Shown here in pieces: positions 18,885 to 28,741 of a stretch of 64,000 nt of DNA (position 1 is the stretch's first letter; each line of letters begins with the position of its first letter). The notes beneath the pieces are model-generated. The model was given only the letters and a program-made list of their open reading frames with translations, had not been told where the DNA came from and did not search any database. Source of the stretch: an uncultured Pseudomonadales bacterium (lineage in GTDB: Bacteria > Patescibacteriota > Microgenomatia > UBA1400 > UBA1396); assembly GCA_964511175.1 (NCBI GenBank), contig CAZEEI010000005.1, positions 3,416 to 67,415 of the forward strand. Reading direction: 5' to 3'. A program made the translations under genes and the position numbers.

Positions 18885-20873
18885 ATGCGCTACAATGCCG
18901 CCAGGGGAGTCATGATCTGGGATCAACGTGTCACTACTATTCCGGGGGTGGGACCTAAGCGCGCCCAATTGTTGGCCGAAATGGGCCTGCAAACCATTGG
19001 CGATCTGGCCCTTAATCTTCCTAGCCGTTACTTGGATGCGTCGCAAGTTACCCCAATTGCTCATCTGCAACCTAACACTACCATCACTTTACACGTCACG
19101 GTAGAGACAGCGCGACTAATCCACACTCGTTCCCGCCAATCAATTGTCACGGCTACGGTTAGCGACGCCAGCGGTAAGTTGCCACTCACTTTTTTCCATC
19201 AGCCCTACATTATCAAAAAATTACCGGTTGGCGAAAAAGTGGCCCTCATGGGAAATGTCTCGGTTTACCAAAAAAAATTAACTCTAATTAATCCTACTGT
19301 GGAAAGCTTAGCCCGGGAAGAATCGATCCACACCGGTCGGATTATTCCGATCTACCGTCAACACGAAACTTTAAAGGCTGCCTGGCTGCGTCAGACGCTT
19401 TTTACTTTGCTGAAGGCGGCATTGCCGGAGTTAAGCGACTCTCTGCCAGATAATATTTTGCGGCAGGAACAGCTAATGCCTTTTCCGGAGGCAATTTGGC
19501 AAGCCCATTTTCCGGATTCGCTGGCACAGGCCGAGGCGGCGCGGCGGCGGCTGGCGTTTGCCGAATTGTGGGACGTTTTCGTCCAACTGCGGGAGCAGGA
19601 CGCGGCCCGGCGCCAGAAAACCGCCGCCGCCGCACTGGAGCCAAACTGGCTAACTGATTTCTACCAGCAATTCCAAACTATCGCGCCCTTCCCGCTGACC
19701 GCCAGCCAACAAACCGCCTGCCAAGAATTGATGACCCTTTTAACCCAAACTCACCCCGATTTTCACCTGGTTCAGGGCGAGGTCGGTAGCGGTAAAACTT
19801 TAGTCGCCGCTTTTGTGCTCCTGGCGATGGCGGCGGCCGGACACCAAGCCCTTTACTTAGCCCCCACCACTGTTTTAGCTCAACAACATTACCAAACACT
19901 CTCGCCACTGGCCGCCGCGCTCAATCTTTCGCTTGCTCTCTGGACTGGCCAGCAAAAATCCAACCAAACTGCGTCCATCCTCATCGGCACCCACGCTCTT
20001 TTGCACCAGCCGGAGCGTTTTTTACCTGGCATTGTAGTTATCGACGAGGAGCACCGGTTTGGCGTGCGCCAGCGCGGCACATTTTGGGAGGGACACTCAC
20101 CTACTGCGCCCGAGGGAAGGGTTCCTCACTTAGTCTCCTTAACCGCCACACCCATTCCCCGCACCCTGGCGCACGCCCTATACGGCTCCCACACCACTTC
20201 CTATCTCCAACCTATTCCTGGCCAGGAAAAGCAAATTACCACGCGCGTCTTTGATCATACCCGTCTAATTCAACATTTCGCCTGGCTGCAAACCCAAATT
20301 GCCACCGGCGCGCAGGTTTTTCTCATTACTCCCTTCATCAACGCCTCCGAAGCCGAAGGTCTCACCGAAGTTTATGATGCCCAGTCGCTCTACCAGCGCG
20401 CTGAGCAGGAACTACCGCAAGCTAGAATCGCTTTGCTTACCGGCCAAACCAAACCGGCGGCTAAACAAAAAATTCTTAACCAAATGCAAGCGGGCAAATT
20501 AGATGTTCTGGTAGCCACACCGGTCATCGAGGTTGGTATTGATATCCCGCACGCCAGCATCATGACCATTTTTAGCGCCGAACGCTTTGGTCTAGCGCAA
20601 CTGCACCAACTGCGCGGTCGGGTAGGACGCCGCGGCCAGGAGAGCTGGTGTTTCCTGGTACCGTCGCCCAACCTTACTGATACCAAACGGTTGGTTAAAC
20701 TCACCCGCGTCAATGACGGCAGCCAATTAGCCGAAATTGACCTGCAAACACGTGGGGTAGGCGAGTTCTTAGGTACCCGCCAGTCTGGCTGGGATACGCT
20801 GCGCACGGCCGATTGGCTGGATCTAAGACTGATTGAGCAAGTTAAGCGGGTTCAGGACCAAATATTGGCTTAA
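18885..20873 (+). CDS. recG: ATP-dependent DNA helicase RecG
   Basis: GEVGSGKTLVAAF (Walker A), VIDEEHRFGV (DEEH), helicase C motifs; alternative start ATG 18912. Confidence 0.85.
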   Translation: MRYNAARGVMIWDQRVTTIPGVGPKRAQLLAEMGLQTIGDLALNLPSRYLDASQVTPIAHLQPNTTITLHVTVETARLIHTRSRQSIVTATVSDASGKLPLTFFHQPYIIKKLPVGEKVALMGNVSVYQKKLTLINPTVESLAREESIHTGRIIPIYRQHETLKAAWLRQTLFTLLKAALPELSDSLPDNILRQEQLMPFPEAIWQAHFPDSLAQAEAARRRLAFAELWDVFVQLREQDAARRQKTAAAALEPNWLTDFYQQFQTIAPFPLTASQQTACQELMTLLTQTHPDFHLVQGEVGSGKTLVAAFVLLAMAAAGHQALYLAPTTVLAQQHYQTLSPLAAALNLSLALWTGQQKSNQTASILIGTHALLHQPERFLPGIVVIDEEHRFGVRQRGTFWEGHSPTAPEGRVPHLVSLTATPIPRTLAHALYGSHTTSYLQPIPGQEKQITTRVFDHTRLIQHFAWLQTQIATGAQVFLITPFINASEAEGLTEVYDAQSLYQRAEQELPQARIALLTGQTKPAAKQKILNQMQAGKLDVLVATPVIEVGIDIPHASIMTIFSAERFGLAQLHQLRGRVGRRGQESWCFLVPSPNLTDTKRLVKLTRVNDGSQLAEIDLQTRGVGEFLGTRQSGWDTLRTADWLDLRLIEQVKRVQDQILA

Positions 20874-20903
20874 ATTGTTATACTACGGTGTTACAGTTAA
20901 TCT

Positions 20904-21761
20904 ATGGTTATAGCTAAAGATCGCATTTATCCTGACCAAGTTATTCCTTTAAGTCTAACCGCCGTGGTTTGCTTAACCGGCGTACTGCTGCTTTATGCCG
21001 TTATCCTGCTGCTAAATCGGCTGGTGGTGGCCCGTGAGACGATCATCGCTCAACTGCACCCGGCTGACATTTTGGTTGGCATGACTATCTACCTCAAGAC
21101 CTCCATTGACTTCGCTATCTTTATCGGCCGTTTAATGCACCGCTACCCCGGTTGGAAAAACCGCATTATGATCGAAGTGGGTACTGCCCTGGGCAATATT
21201 GCTGGCACCCTGGGCATATTGGTCATTTGGGATCTTTTTCGCGAAGTACGGGTGTTGATGGCTGGGATGATCTTTCTGGCCGGTCTGGTCCTGCTGCGCA
21301 TGGCCGAAGATGGACTAGAGCACGTTAAGGATGAAGCGGGCAAGTACCAAGTGAGTTTCGACGGACTGGAGATTACGTTTGAGCGTTGGTTGTCCCGTGT
21401 CAATAAATTAGTGGCACCGGTACTGAACCGTTTAATTCCCGCCATGCACGTTGATGAGACAACCCAAAAGGCTGGTTTCCGGGCAGTGTTTCTTTTATCC
21501 TTTACCATTCCCTTTATCTTGGGTCTGGATGATTTTGCTGGCTATATTCCGCTTTTTAACATTGTTAACGTGTTTGGATTTGCCACCGGAGTTTTCCTGG
21601 GACACATGATTTTGAATATCGCTTTATTCTTGTCACCGCGCCTAACCATCCGCCTGGTTAAACATCCACTAATTTCCTTTACCGGCAGTTTGGCTTTTGT
21701 CGGTCTAGCCTTCTGGGGTTTCTGGGAAGCGGCTAAACTCATCGGTTTTGCGGCCCACTAA
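20904..21761 (+). CDS. hypothetical integral membrane protein (about 7 TM)
   Basis: 285 aa, highly hydrophobic; ATG start. Confidence 0.5.
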   Translation: MVIAKDRIYPDQVIPLSLTAVVCLTGVLLLYAVILLLNRLVVARETIIAQLHPADILVGMTIYLKTSIDFAIFIGRLMHRYPGWKNRIMIEVGTALGNIAGTLGILVIWDLFREVRVLMAGMIFLAGLVLLRMAEDGLEHVKDEAGKYQVSFDGLEITFERWLSRVNKLVAPVLNRLIPAMHVDETTQKAGFRAVFLLSFTIPFILGLDDFAGYIPLFNIVNVFGFATGVFLGHMILNIALFLSPRLTIRLVKHPLISFTGSLAFVGLAFWGFWEAAKLIGFAAH

Positions 21762-22457
21762 CATCAGCATTGCCTGCACCGGTTTTTGTTGGTCATAACG
21801 CCAAGAAAAATAAGTATCGGCGTGGTCGTAAGTGCAAATCGAACTAACTTCAATGCGGCTCGATTCAATTCCCAGTGACACCAACTGCTGACGCGCTACT
21901 TCCTTTAAGTCGAGATAATTTTTACCTGCCCGATAATCAACTACGCCATCGTAGTCGGCAAATTTAGCTACTAAATCGTCTTGCACCTCATAATGACAGG
22001 GTCCAATACCAGGACCGATCCAAGCGGTTAAATCGGCGCTTTTTGTACCGAAGGTAGTCTGCAGCTGTTTAACCGCTGCGCGAATAATTCCCTGATCTAA
22101 ACCGCGCCAGCCGGCGTGCAAGAGAGCAATCACCTGATGCTGCAAATCAAATAGTACTATCGGCAGACAATCGGCCACCGTAATGGCCAGATATAAGTCG
22201 GCTTGATCGGTAATTAAACCATCAGCCTGGTCGACTATCCGGCCAGCATCAGCCCGGGTCACTACTACTACCCGATTGCCGCTGATTAAACCAGCACTAA
22301 CCACTTGACTAGGATCAACCTTCTGTTTAGTCAGCCATTGCTGCCGATTGGTGATAGCCCGATCATTAATCAAATTGGGCTCGAGTTTCATGTTACCGTC
22401 AGGTCGCTGCGAAAGATTAATGCGCAACTGAGGGAAAGTGGGGAAAAAATCGGCCAT
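21705..22457 (-). CDS. pgeF: YfiH/PgeF family (laccase-domain) purine nucleoside phosphorylase / peptidoglycan editing factor
   Basis: VIALLHAGWRGL motif (HAGWRG). The supplied ORF starts at TTG 22550; ATG 22457 (MADFFPTF) is preferred. Confidence 0.75.
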   Translation of the reverse strand: MADFFPTFPQLRINLSQRPDGNMKLEPNLINDRAITNRQQWLTKQKVDPSQVVSAGLISGNRVVVVTRADAGRIVDQADGLITDQADLYLAITVADCLPIVLFDLQHQVIALLHAGWRGLDQGIIRAAVKQLQTTFGTKSADLTAWIGPGIGPCHYEVQDDLVAKFADYDGVVDYRAGKNYLDLKEVARQQLVSLGIESSRIEVSSICTYDHADTYFSWRYDQQKPVQAMLMLVGRKTDEFSRFPETPEG

Positions 22458-22595
22458 GATTATGAAAATATATCCCTTTTTCATGTAGTAGTGTAGTGAT
22501 GCATGAAAAAACGATGCACTCCACCAGCGCGATGGTGACGAGTACGGCAAACCTTATTTGTTTTCAGCATTACACAATGTAGGTATAGTAGGTAT

Positions 22596-23132
22596 ATGTC
22601 TAATTCATTATCACTGTCAGAACGCTTTAAACAAAGAGTGGTGACTGTGGCCGAAAGGGTAGTAGGCGTCAAGCGCCACGAAGTAGGGGAAACAGAACTA
22701 GCCAAGTTAGCCGAAATTTATGCACAGTTAATCGCTAACCGCCGGCGGATTTCGATTGCGGCAGAGGTCCTGCCGCCCGGACTTTTTAATCATCCTGACG
22801 TCATTACCCAACTACAACAAACCCAAGCGCGCAGTGGTGTGGTGGAAATATTTGTCCCTCACCAGCAGGTAGGTACCAATCTAGAAAGCATTGTTGTTCT
22901 GCAACAGGCTGGTCTGCCGGTTTTTTACCACCAATGGGGAAGTTGGATTGAACCATGGGTGGAGGCGATTACTTTGTTGGATCGTCGCGGTATGATAGCT
23001 TTAATGCGCCCTGAGGGAAAACTAACTGGTTGGGAACAAATCTCCATGCCAAGTTATTTGGGAGCCAGAGAGCTAGCCGAACAATTTCAGCGCTTAAAAC
23101 AGCAGTCCATTCCTTCCTTGGGTACGCGTTAA
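22596..23132 (+). CDS. hypothetical protein (178 aa)
   Basis: ATG ORF; no motif recognised. Confidence 0.45.
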   Translation: MSNSLSLSERFKQRVVTVAERVVGVKRHEVGETELAKLAEIYAQLIANRRRISIAAEVLPPGLFNHPDVITQLQQTQARSGVVEIFVPHQQVGTNLESIVVLQQAGLPVFYHQWGSWIEPWVEAITLLDRRGMIALMRPEGKLTGWEQISMPSYLGARELAEQFQRLKQQSIPSLGTR

Positions 23133-23183
23133 AAACCCTAATCAAATTGATCATTTTGGTCTATTTTGATATACTCCCGCGAA

Positions 23184-24125
23184 ATGCCTAGCGAGATAAA
23201 AAAATTCAATCCGGAAAATATTGGTCCGGAAAACTTATTCCGACCGCCAACAGCGGTGGTTCATGATGAATTGAAATATCTAATCACACAGGTCGATTTG
23301 GCTTTGCGGGGCGAGAAGAAACATAAGCGCCTTCTTCAAGTTGGCACAGAACTGGAAATGTTTTTCTTTAGTCCAGATATGGACCCAGTTGACGCGGAAG
23401 CTCAATATGGCGAATCGGACCAAAATCCCAACTATGATCCTTGGCACCGTCGTAAAATTGAAGAACTCGAGAAATTTGGTACTAGCCTATTAAAAAATCC
23501 CCATCGTTTTATGTTTACCAGCGATTTGGGAAGAATATTTCTTGAGTTCCGCACTGCTCCACAATCAGCAAAAGAGTATTTAAAAACAATCGAGATGTTT
23601 GGTAATAGGCTTCGCCGTCAATGTGAACGCTTACGCGTTTGGCCGGTTGTTCACTCTCAGCATATCCATGTATCACTGGTCGACCGACGAAATGCGACCA
23701 CAATCATTCCTTCCGATAAACCGGTGAAAAGTTGGTTCTCTAAGGTAAGTCCTCTAGTGCTACTACCCGAAGAATGGGGTAGCAGAGACTATCGCCCCCA
23801 TTGGGTTAGGAGTAACGGTATCAAACCAAATGGTGTGAATGACTTATCTCACCCCGAATTTCGCATGCTTTCGTCCGAGTATGCTAATGACCCTGTTCTT
23901 AATTTATTATTGAGCTTAAAAACCATGTATGAAGGTTGTTTGGGTAAAGGGGGAATTACCCCACACGTCTATGGTAGAGAATATCAACAATCTGCCATTG
24001 AAATGGGAAATGATCCGGATTTAATTGATTTTTTTGGACAATCAACGCTGGCAACCCTGGCCAGAATCACTAGTCAATATCCAGCTGTTTCACGAAGGGA
24101 AATAACAATCGATCAAGTCCGCTAA
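23184..24125 (+). CDS. glutamine-synthetase-like catalytic-domain / carboxylate-amine ligase family protein (truncated form)
   Basis: GTELEMFFF (cf. GS GPEPEFFLF) and HIHVSL (cf. GS MHxHxSL). About 313 aa, so it lacks the GS N-terminal domain. The supplied ORF starts at TTG 23166; ATG 23184 is used. Confidence 0.4.
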   Translation: MPSEIKKFNPENIGPENLFRPPTAVVHDELKYLITQVDLALRGEKKHKRLLQVGTELEMFFFSPDMDPVDAEAQYGESDQNPNYDPWHRRKIEELEKFGTSLLKNPHRFMFTSDLGRIFLEFRTAPQSAKEYLKTIEMFGNRLRRQCERLRVWPVVHSQHIHVSLVDRRNATTIIPSDKPVKSWFSKVSPLVLLPEEWGSRDYRPHWVRSNGIKPNGVNDLSHPEFRMLSSEYANDPVLNLLLSLKTMYEGCLGKGGITPHVYGREYQQSAIEMGNDPDLIDFFGQSTLATLARITSQYPAVSRREITIDQVR

Positions 24126-24190
24126 ACTAGTACATTTTTTTCTTGAGGCTTATGATACAATCACCCTTCGATTACTAACGAAAGGAAAAC

Positions 24191-24346
24191 ATGGCAGCAC
24201 TACCCAAACGACGGATTTCGACCGGCCGCTCCGGCCGCCGCCGCCAGGCTATCGCCATTAAGCTGAGCTCCGGCAAGAAATACGTTTCCAGCCGCGATCG
24301 CAAGGCCGCCAAGCGCGGTACTGATTCTGCTTCTACTGAGGCTTAA
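24191..24346 (+). CDS. rpmF: 50S ribosomal protein L32
   Basis: 51 aa MAALPKRRISTGRSGRRRQAIAIKLSSGKKYVS... matches the L32 N-terminal signature MAxPKRRxSxxR. AAAGGAAAAC SD upstream. Absent from the ORF track because it is under 60 aa. Confidence 0.65.
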   Translation: MAALPKRRISTGRSGRRRQAIAIKLSSGKKYVSSRDRKAAKRGTDSASTEA

Positions 24347-24374
24347 ACTCTGTGCTACTCTCTAAAGTGTATCT

Positions 24375-24752
24375 ATGGCGTCGGAAAAAAACCGCCACGA
24401 GCAGCGTTTGGAGCGCGTACAAGCGTTGTTTTCTTGGGATTTTCAGCCTGGTGAACAAAGCCATCACTTTGCCCTAATCGCCGACATTGTTAGTCATCTG
24501 GATGAATTGGACGCGATTATTCTCCATTTCGCCCCCAAGCGTGATCTAGCCCAGTTCGATAAAGTCGGTCTTGCAATTCTGCGCCAAGCTTTGTATGAAT
24601 TAAAGTACACTCGTACGCCGCCAGCCGTGGTTATCGATGAAGCAATTAATTTAGGCAAATTGTTAGCCGATGAATCCGCCGCTGGTTTTATTCATGGCGT
24701 ACTAGCCACGTATTTGGATGATTTAAGGAAAGGACCTGCCCGTGAACCGTGA
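24375..24752 (+). CDS. nusB: transcription antitermination factor NusB
   Basis: 125 aa; ...DEAINLGKLLADESAAGFIHGVLATYL typical NusB C-terminus. Confidence 0.75.
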   Translation: MASEKNRHEQRLERVQALFSWDFQPGEQSHHFALIADIVSHLDELDAIILHFAPKRDLAQFDKVGLAILRQALYELKYTRTPPAVVIDEAINLGKLLADESAAGFIHGVLATYLDDLRKGPAREP

Positions 24753-24999
24753 GCAAACTACTAACCAAATTATTACGCTGATTAGCGACATTTATGGTAT
24801 CGAAAGCGCCGACCTTTCCCTCAACTCTAACCTGGTAGAGGATGTTGATATCAAGGGCAATTTGGACGAATTCATTCGTTTTGTCCACCGTCTTAACCAT
24901 ATTTTTGAAATTGACCTACAACCCAAGGACATTAACGTGGAAGAAATTGAGACCGTCGCCGACTTGGTTTACCTAGTCGAGGACGCCATGTTGGGGTAA
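24742..24999 (+). CDS. acyl-carrier-protein-like small acidic protein lacking the phosphopantetheine-attachment serine
   Basis: 85 aa, GTG start overlapping the nusB stop. Aligns to ACP helix II (LVEDVDIKGNLDEF versus FVEDLGADSLDTVEL), but the DSL serine is Asn. Sits immediately upstream of rnc, as acpP does in Gram-positives. Confidence 0.5.
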   Translation: MNREQTTNQIITLISDIYGIESADLSLNSNLVEDVDIKGNLDEFIRFVHRLNHIFEIDLQPKDINVEEIETVADLVYLVEDAMLG

Positions 25000-25005
25000 A
25001 ACTTT

Positions 25006-25698
25006 ATGAACCAGGAATCTACCACTCTAGTACCAGAGCTGGCCGCTTTGCCGCCCAACCTTTTGGCTCAAGCTTTTACCCACCGCTCCTTGTGTGCCCG
25101 GGACGTAACCCACTGTGAAACTAACGAGCGTTTGGAGTTCCTCGGTGACGCTGTTCTGGAATTGGCCGTATCCGAATATTTGTTCGGTGAGTTTCCGCAA
25201 CTGGATGAGGGCACCCTCACCCGTTATCGTTCGGCACTGGTGCGCACCGAGTCACTGGCGCACGTGGCCGCCACGCTACATCTGGGCGAACACTTGCGCA
25301 TGAGCGTTGGCGAGGAACAAAATGGCGGTGAGCAATCGACCTCAACTTTGGCTAATACCTTTGAAGCGGTAATTGGCGCCCTTTACCTGGGTGCAGGTTA
25401 CCTTGCCGTTAAAAAATTCATTCACACCCACTTACTTAGTCATTTTGACGAGTTCGTGACCGATCAAAACGCCAAAGACGCCAAAACATTACTCCAAGAA
25501 AAAGCCCAGGCGCTAGGTAAGCCGGCTCCCACCTATCAAACCGTGCAGGCTGAAGGTCCAGACCACGCCAAGTTATTTACGGTAGCCGTTACCGTAGAGG
25601 CGTTACCGGCCGTAACTGGCCGCGGCGCCAGTAAACAAAAAGCGGAACAGGAGGCTGCGGACCGCGCCTTGAAACAATACTTCTCAGACCAGCCCTAA
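25006..25698 (+). CDS. rnc: ribonuclease III
   Basis: ERLEFLGDAVLELAVSEYLF RNase III signature plus C-terminal dsRBD. Confidence 0.9.
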   Translation: MNQESTTLVPELAALPPNLLAQAFTHRSLCARDVTHCETNERLEFLGDAVLELAVSEYLFGEFPQLDEGTLTRYRSALVRTESLAHVAATLHLGEHLRMSVGEEQNGGEQSTSTLANTFEAVIGALYLGAGYLAVKKFIHTHLLSHFDEFVTDQNAKDAKTLLQEKAQALGKPAPTYQTVQAEGPDHAKLFTVAVTVEALPAVTGRGASKQKAEQEAADRALKQYFSDQP

Positions 25699-25717
25699 GC
25701 TGATATAATTCCTCCCT

Positions 25718-25951
25718 ATGCTGAAAATTAAATTAGCCCGTGTCGGTAGAAAAAATCAAGCCAGCTACCGTATCGTGGTAAACGAAAAACGCGACAAACG
25801 TGACGGTAAATACGTGGAGCAAGTTGGTTTTTATAACCCCTCCATCACCCCTAAGGACGTCCGTTTTACGCGCGATCGTTACGAATATTGGCTACAAAAA
25901 GGCGCCCAACCAACTGCAACGGTGGCCGCGCTGTACCGGAAATCCAAATAG
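25718..25951 (+). CDS. rpsP: 30S ribosomal protein S16
   Basis: MLKIKLARVGRKNQASYRIVV... Confidence 0.9.
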   Translation: MLKIKLARVGRKNQASYRIVVNEKRDKRDGKYVEQVGFYNPSITPKDVRFTRDRYEYWLQKGAQPTATVAALYRKSK

Positions 25952-25954
25952 AGT

Positions 25955-26188
25955 ATGCGCAACTTAATCGAATTTATTTTGCTCCATATTGTTCAACATC
26001 CGGACGAGGTAAAAGTCACGGAAGAAGAAGTTGAGGGTCGCTTTATTTACACCATTAGTGTTCACACGGAAGACGTTGGCCGGGTAATTGGCCGCAATGG
26101 TCGCACCATTGACGCTATCCGCTCACTGGCCAAGGTGCGTGCCATGAAAGACGGTATCGCCGTCCAGGTTAAAGTCGCCAGCGAATAA
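25955..26188 (+). CDS. KH-domain RNA-binding protein (KhpA/YlqC-like)
   Basis: VGRVIGRNGRTIDAIRSLAKV KH motif; conserved position after rpsP. Confidence 0.8.
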   Translation: MRNLIEFILLHIVQHPDEVKVTEEEVEGRFIYTISVHTEDVGRVIGRNGRTIDAIRSLAKVRAMKDGIAVQVKVASE

Positions 26189-26196
26189 TTTTTCTT

Positions 26197-27117
26197 TTAT
26201 TGAGTTGGGGCAGTTTCAACTGGTTTTTCTGGTGCTGCACCCTCGGTCACACCAATGGTGACGGTTTCGGTCGGCAGCTCTGGCACTGGTGAAGGAGTGG
26301 GTGTAGGCGGGCTAGCCTCGACGGCCGTAGGTTGGTTTACGCCAAATAGATTAGGATTATTAAACTCGGGCGGCGCAGTAGTATCGTCAATGGCGGTGGT
26401 TAAACGATAAGTCATACCGGTAATCAGGGCTAAGGTATCTTGCTGAGCTTTACTAAGAGCGGCCGCTCCTTGTTTGGCTAAATCTTTAGCGTTAAGGGGA
26501 GCATAATAGGTATTTAATAATAAATTGGCAATATAGGAGGTGGTTGGCGTCGAAAAATCCGTTTGGTGTTCCGGATTAAGACTCATCTCCACCACTTCCA
26601 TCAGCGGTAAACTATCTTCAATTAAATCGATGGTCCGCTGGATATCGCTAAACTGACCAACTACCTCCACCGAAAGTGGCATTACTTGAGCCTGGGCGGC
26701 GCGGGCTTGTTTAGTGCGGGTAACACGCCGGGTGGTTTCCGCCGCTTGGGTGGAAATCAATCCCGGATTAAGATCATATTTACCTAAACTGACTTTAGCT
26801 TCGGTAGCCACTGCCTCCAAACTTTGGAGAACCACCAGCGGCTGCTTACCCAAAGGCAAGGCTTGCCCGGCTCGTCTAAATGAATTCTGCTCTTCCGGAC
26901 CAATGTTGGTTAGCAAAGCAGCTCGTTGCTGAATCCGCTGTAAGGATATTTTTTCCCGCGTAATATCGGCTTGCACGACACGTGAACGGGTCCAAAAAGG
27001 CATGGTACCAAAAATAAGGAGAGCGGCGCTGGCGACCAACAACACCACTGCAATAAGTAGATTGCGCCGCTGTAACAGCAACTGACTCCAAAGTCGCCGT
27101 GCCTCCAGTTCAGCCAT
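26197..27117 (-). CDS. type IV pilus assembly protein PilO-like
   Basis: N-terminal TM plus periplasmic domain, position after pilN. ATG 27117 has a GGAGGA SD; the longer supplied ORF overlaps pilN. Confidence 0.55.
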   Translation of the reverse strand: MAELEARRLWSQLLLQRRNLLIAVVLLVASAALLIFGTMPFWTRSRVVQADITREKISLQRIQQRAALLTNIGPEEQNSFRRAGQALPLGKQPLVVLQSLEAVATEAKVSLGKYDLNPGLISTQAAETTRRVTRTKQARAAQAQVMPLSVEVVGQFSDIQRTIDLIEDSLPLMEVVEMSLNPEHQTDFSTPTTSYIANLLLNTYYAPLNAKDLAKQGAAALSKAQQDTLALITGMTYRLTTAIDDTTAPPEFNNPNLFGVNQPTAVEASPPTPTPSPVPELPTETVTIGVTEGAAPEKPVETAPTQ

Positions 27118-27676
27118 TTGATTCCTCCTCAGTCTCCAACTGCACCGACATTTCCAACGAGTAAATCTGGTTTTCGTCACGCTTAATGTCGTTGAGTGCT
27201 AAATTAACAAACTTACTACGCACGTTAGGCGAACGCAAGGTATTAAGGAAACGTTCTACGGTCAGCACATTTTGGGCTTTTACCCGAAAAGTCAGTGTCT
27301 TTTTTTCGTCGTCATAGCTAATCCGGTCAAAGGCGATATCCGCCCTGGCTAGTTCGGCTAAAAACTCCAGCGCCCGCTGCTGCGAACCACGACCGGTTAA
27401 AATACTTTGGAGAATGTTTAGCCGCGCGGCGTATAAAATATAATCTGCTTCACTGCTGGCCTGTTTATTCACTAATGCTTGGGTAGAACGTTGTTGCTGT
27501 TTAATAGTTTCTAACTCCTGCACACTATTCTGTGTCCAAAAGAGTAAACCAATGGTAATCACCACCGCCACCACCGCTACTACAATAGATAATTGCAAAA
27601 TCCGCTTATCTAGCGGTTGGTAACGGAGCGCTCGTTGCCGCCGCTTACGTAGAAAATTAATGCCGTTGCCCGCCAT
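27110..27676 (-). CDS. type IV pilus assembly protein PilN-like
   Basis: Short basic N-terminus, single TM, coiled-coil periplasmic region; follows pilM. Confidence 0.6.
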   Translation of the reverse strand: MAGNGINFLRKRRQRALRYQPLDKRILQLSIVVAVVAVVITIGLLFWTQNSVQELETIKQQQRSTQALVNKQASSEADYILYAARLNILQSILTGRGSQQRALEFLAELARADIAFDRISYDDEKKTLTFRVKAQNVLTVERFLNTLRSPNVRSKFVNLALNDIKRDENQIYSLEMSVQLETEEESNG

Positions 27677-27680
27677 AGTG

Positions 27681-28739
27681 TTAGCCCTCTTTTAAAGCCA
27701 AACCAGCCGCTACCAAAAATCGGCTGTCTTGGGGTAGTGCCTCCCGGAAAGTAATTTCCTCTAGGCGGCTTAACTCGACGGGAACTACTTCCAGAGACAA
27801 AATTTGGGACAAATAGGGCAATAATTCCGGCAGGTAAAGTGAACCACCACTGACGTAAATGCGGCCTACTGCTTCGCCGGGATGCTGGGTGGTAAAAAAC
27901 CGTAGGGCTTTTTGCAATTCCATTGCCAGAGCATCAATAATCGGGGCCAGAGCGGCCCGCATTCGCCCTTCCAACTGCTGGGCTTGTAAGCCAAAAGTGC
28001 GCTTATACTCTTCTGCCCGGGCGGCATCCAAACCAACGCCGCGTTCAATGGCGCGGGTAAACAGTGTGCCGCCGGAAGGAATCGCTTGGGCAAAATTAAG
28101 GTTGCCGTGCCAAAGCAAAACAATACTGGAACTGGTGGCTCCTAAGTGCAGGTAGGCCGTATTTTCCTCCGGTTGCAACATGAGAGCCAAAACACGCAAT
28201 GTGGCCAAGGTATCGGTTTCCATGAAGGAGACATCTAAGCCTGCATCTAAAAAGATGTCAGCTAAATCGGTAACATACTGTTTCTGCACACCGATAATGA
28301 GCACCTGCATGTCCTGTACCTTGTCTTTAGGATTACTGCGGCGCAAAACCGAGTACTCATACTCCATCTGTTCGAGTGGAATGGGAATATGCTGCTCTAC
28401 CTGCCACTGAATGGCTGAGGCTAATTCGGCGTCAGATAGGGATGGCATTGTTACTACTTTAGTTACCACCATGGACTCAGACAAACCCAACCGCAGATTA
28501 CTAGTCGGCAGATGTTGTTCCTTAAACAAGCTGCTTAACGCCGTAACTAGCTTTTGCCGCTGATCAGCGTCGGTGGGTAAGAGCGAACCGATTGGATTCA
28601 TGGCCTCCGCCGCCCGTTCTACAGCCAGACCACGGCCTTTCTTCTTACCGACCAGTACTTTAATGGCGTACGAACCAAGATCCACACCAACGTTGGGCAT
28701 ACTCTTATCATAGGGCAAAATCGTACCGGTGCCAAGCAA
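27681..28739 (-). CDS. pilM: type IV pilus assembly ATPase-fold protein PilM
   Basis: Actin-like fold with VGVDLGSYAIKVLV N-terminus; 352 aa. Confidence 0.8.
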   Translation of the reverse strand: MLGTGTILPYDKSMPNVGVDLGSYAIKVLVGKKKGRGLAVERAAEAMNPIGSLLPTDADQRQKLVTALSSLFKEQHLPTSNLRLGLSESMVVTKVVTMPSLSDAELASAIQWQVEQHIPIPLEQMEYEYSVLRRSNPKDKVQDMQVLIIGVQKQYVTDLADIFLDAGLDVSFMETDTLATLRVLALMLQPEENTAYLHLGATSSSIVLLWHGNLNFAQAIPSGGTLFTRAIERGVGLDAARAEEYKRTFGLQAQQLEGRMRAALAPIIDALAMELQKALRFFTTQHPGEAVGRIYVSGGSLYLPELLPYLSQILSLEVVPVELSRLEEITFREALPQDSRFLVAAGLALKEG

Positions 28740-28741
28740 AA

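Noticed and set aside
18864-19070. N-terminal about 70 aa of the supplied PBP ORF, and similar long N-extensions (e.g. 21705..22550, 52387..53340, 39650, 40874, 23166, 11450)
   Set aside because: These supplied ORFs begin at TTG or GTG far upstream. Downstream ATGs with SD sequences, or matches to known N-termini, are more plausible, and the extensions would create large gene overlaps.
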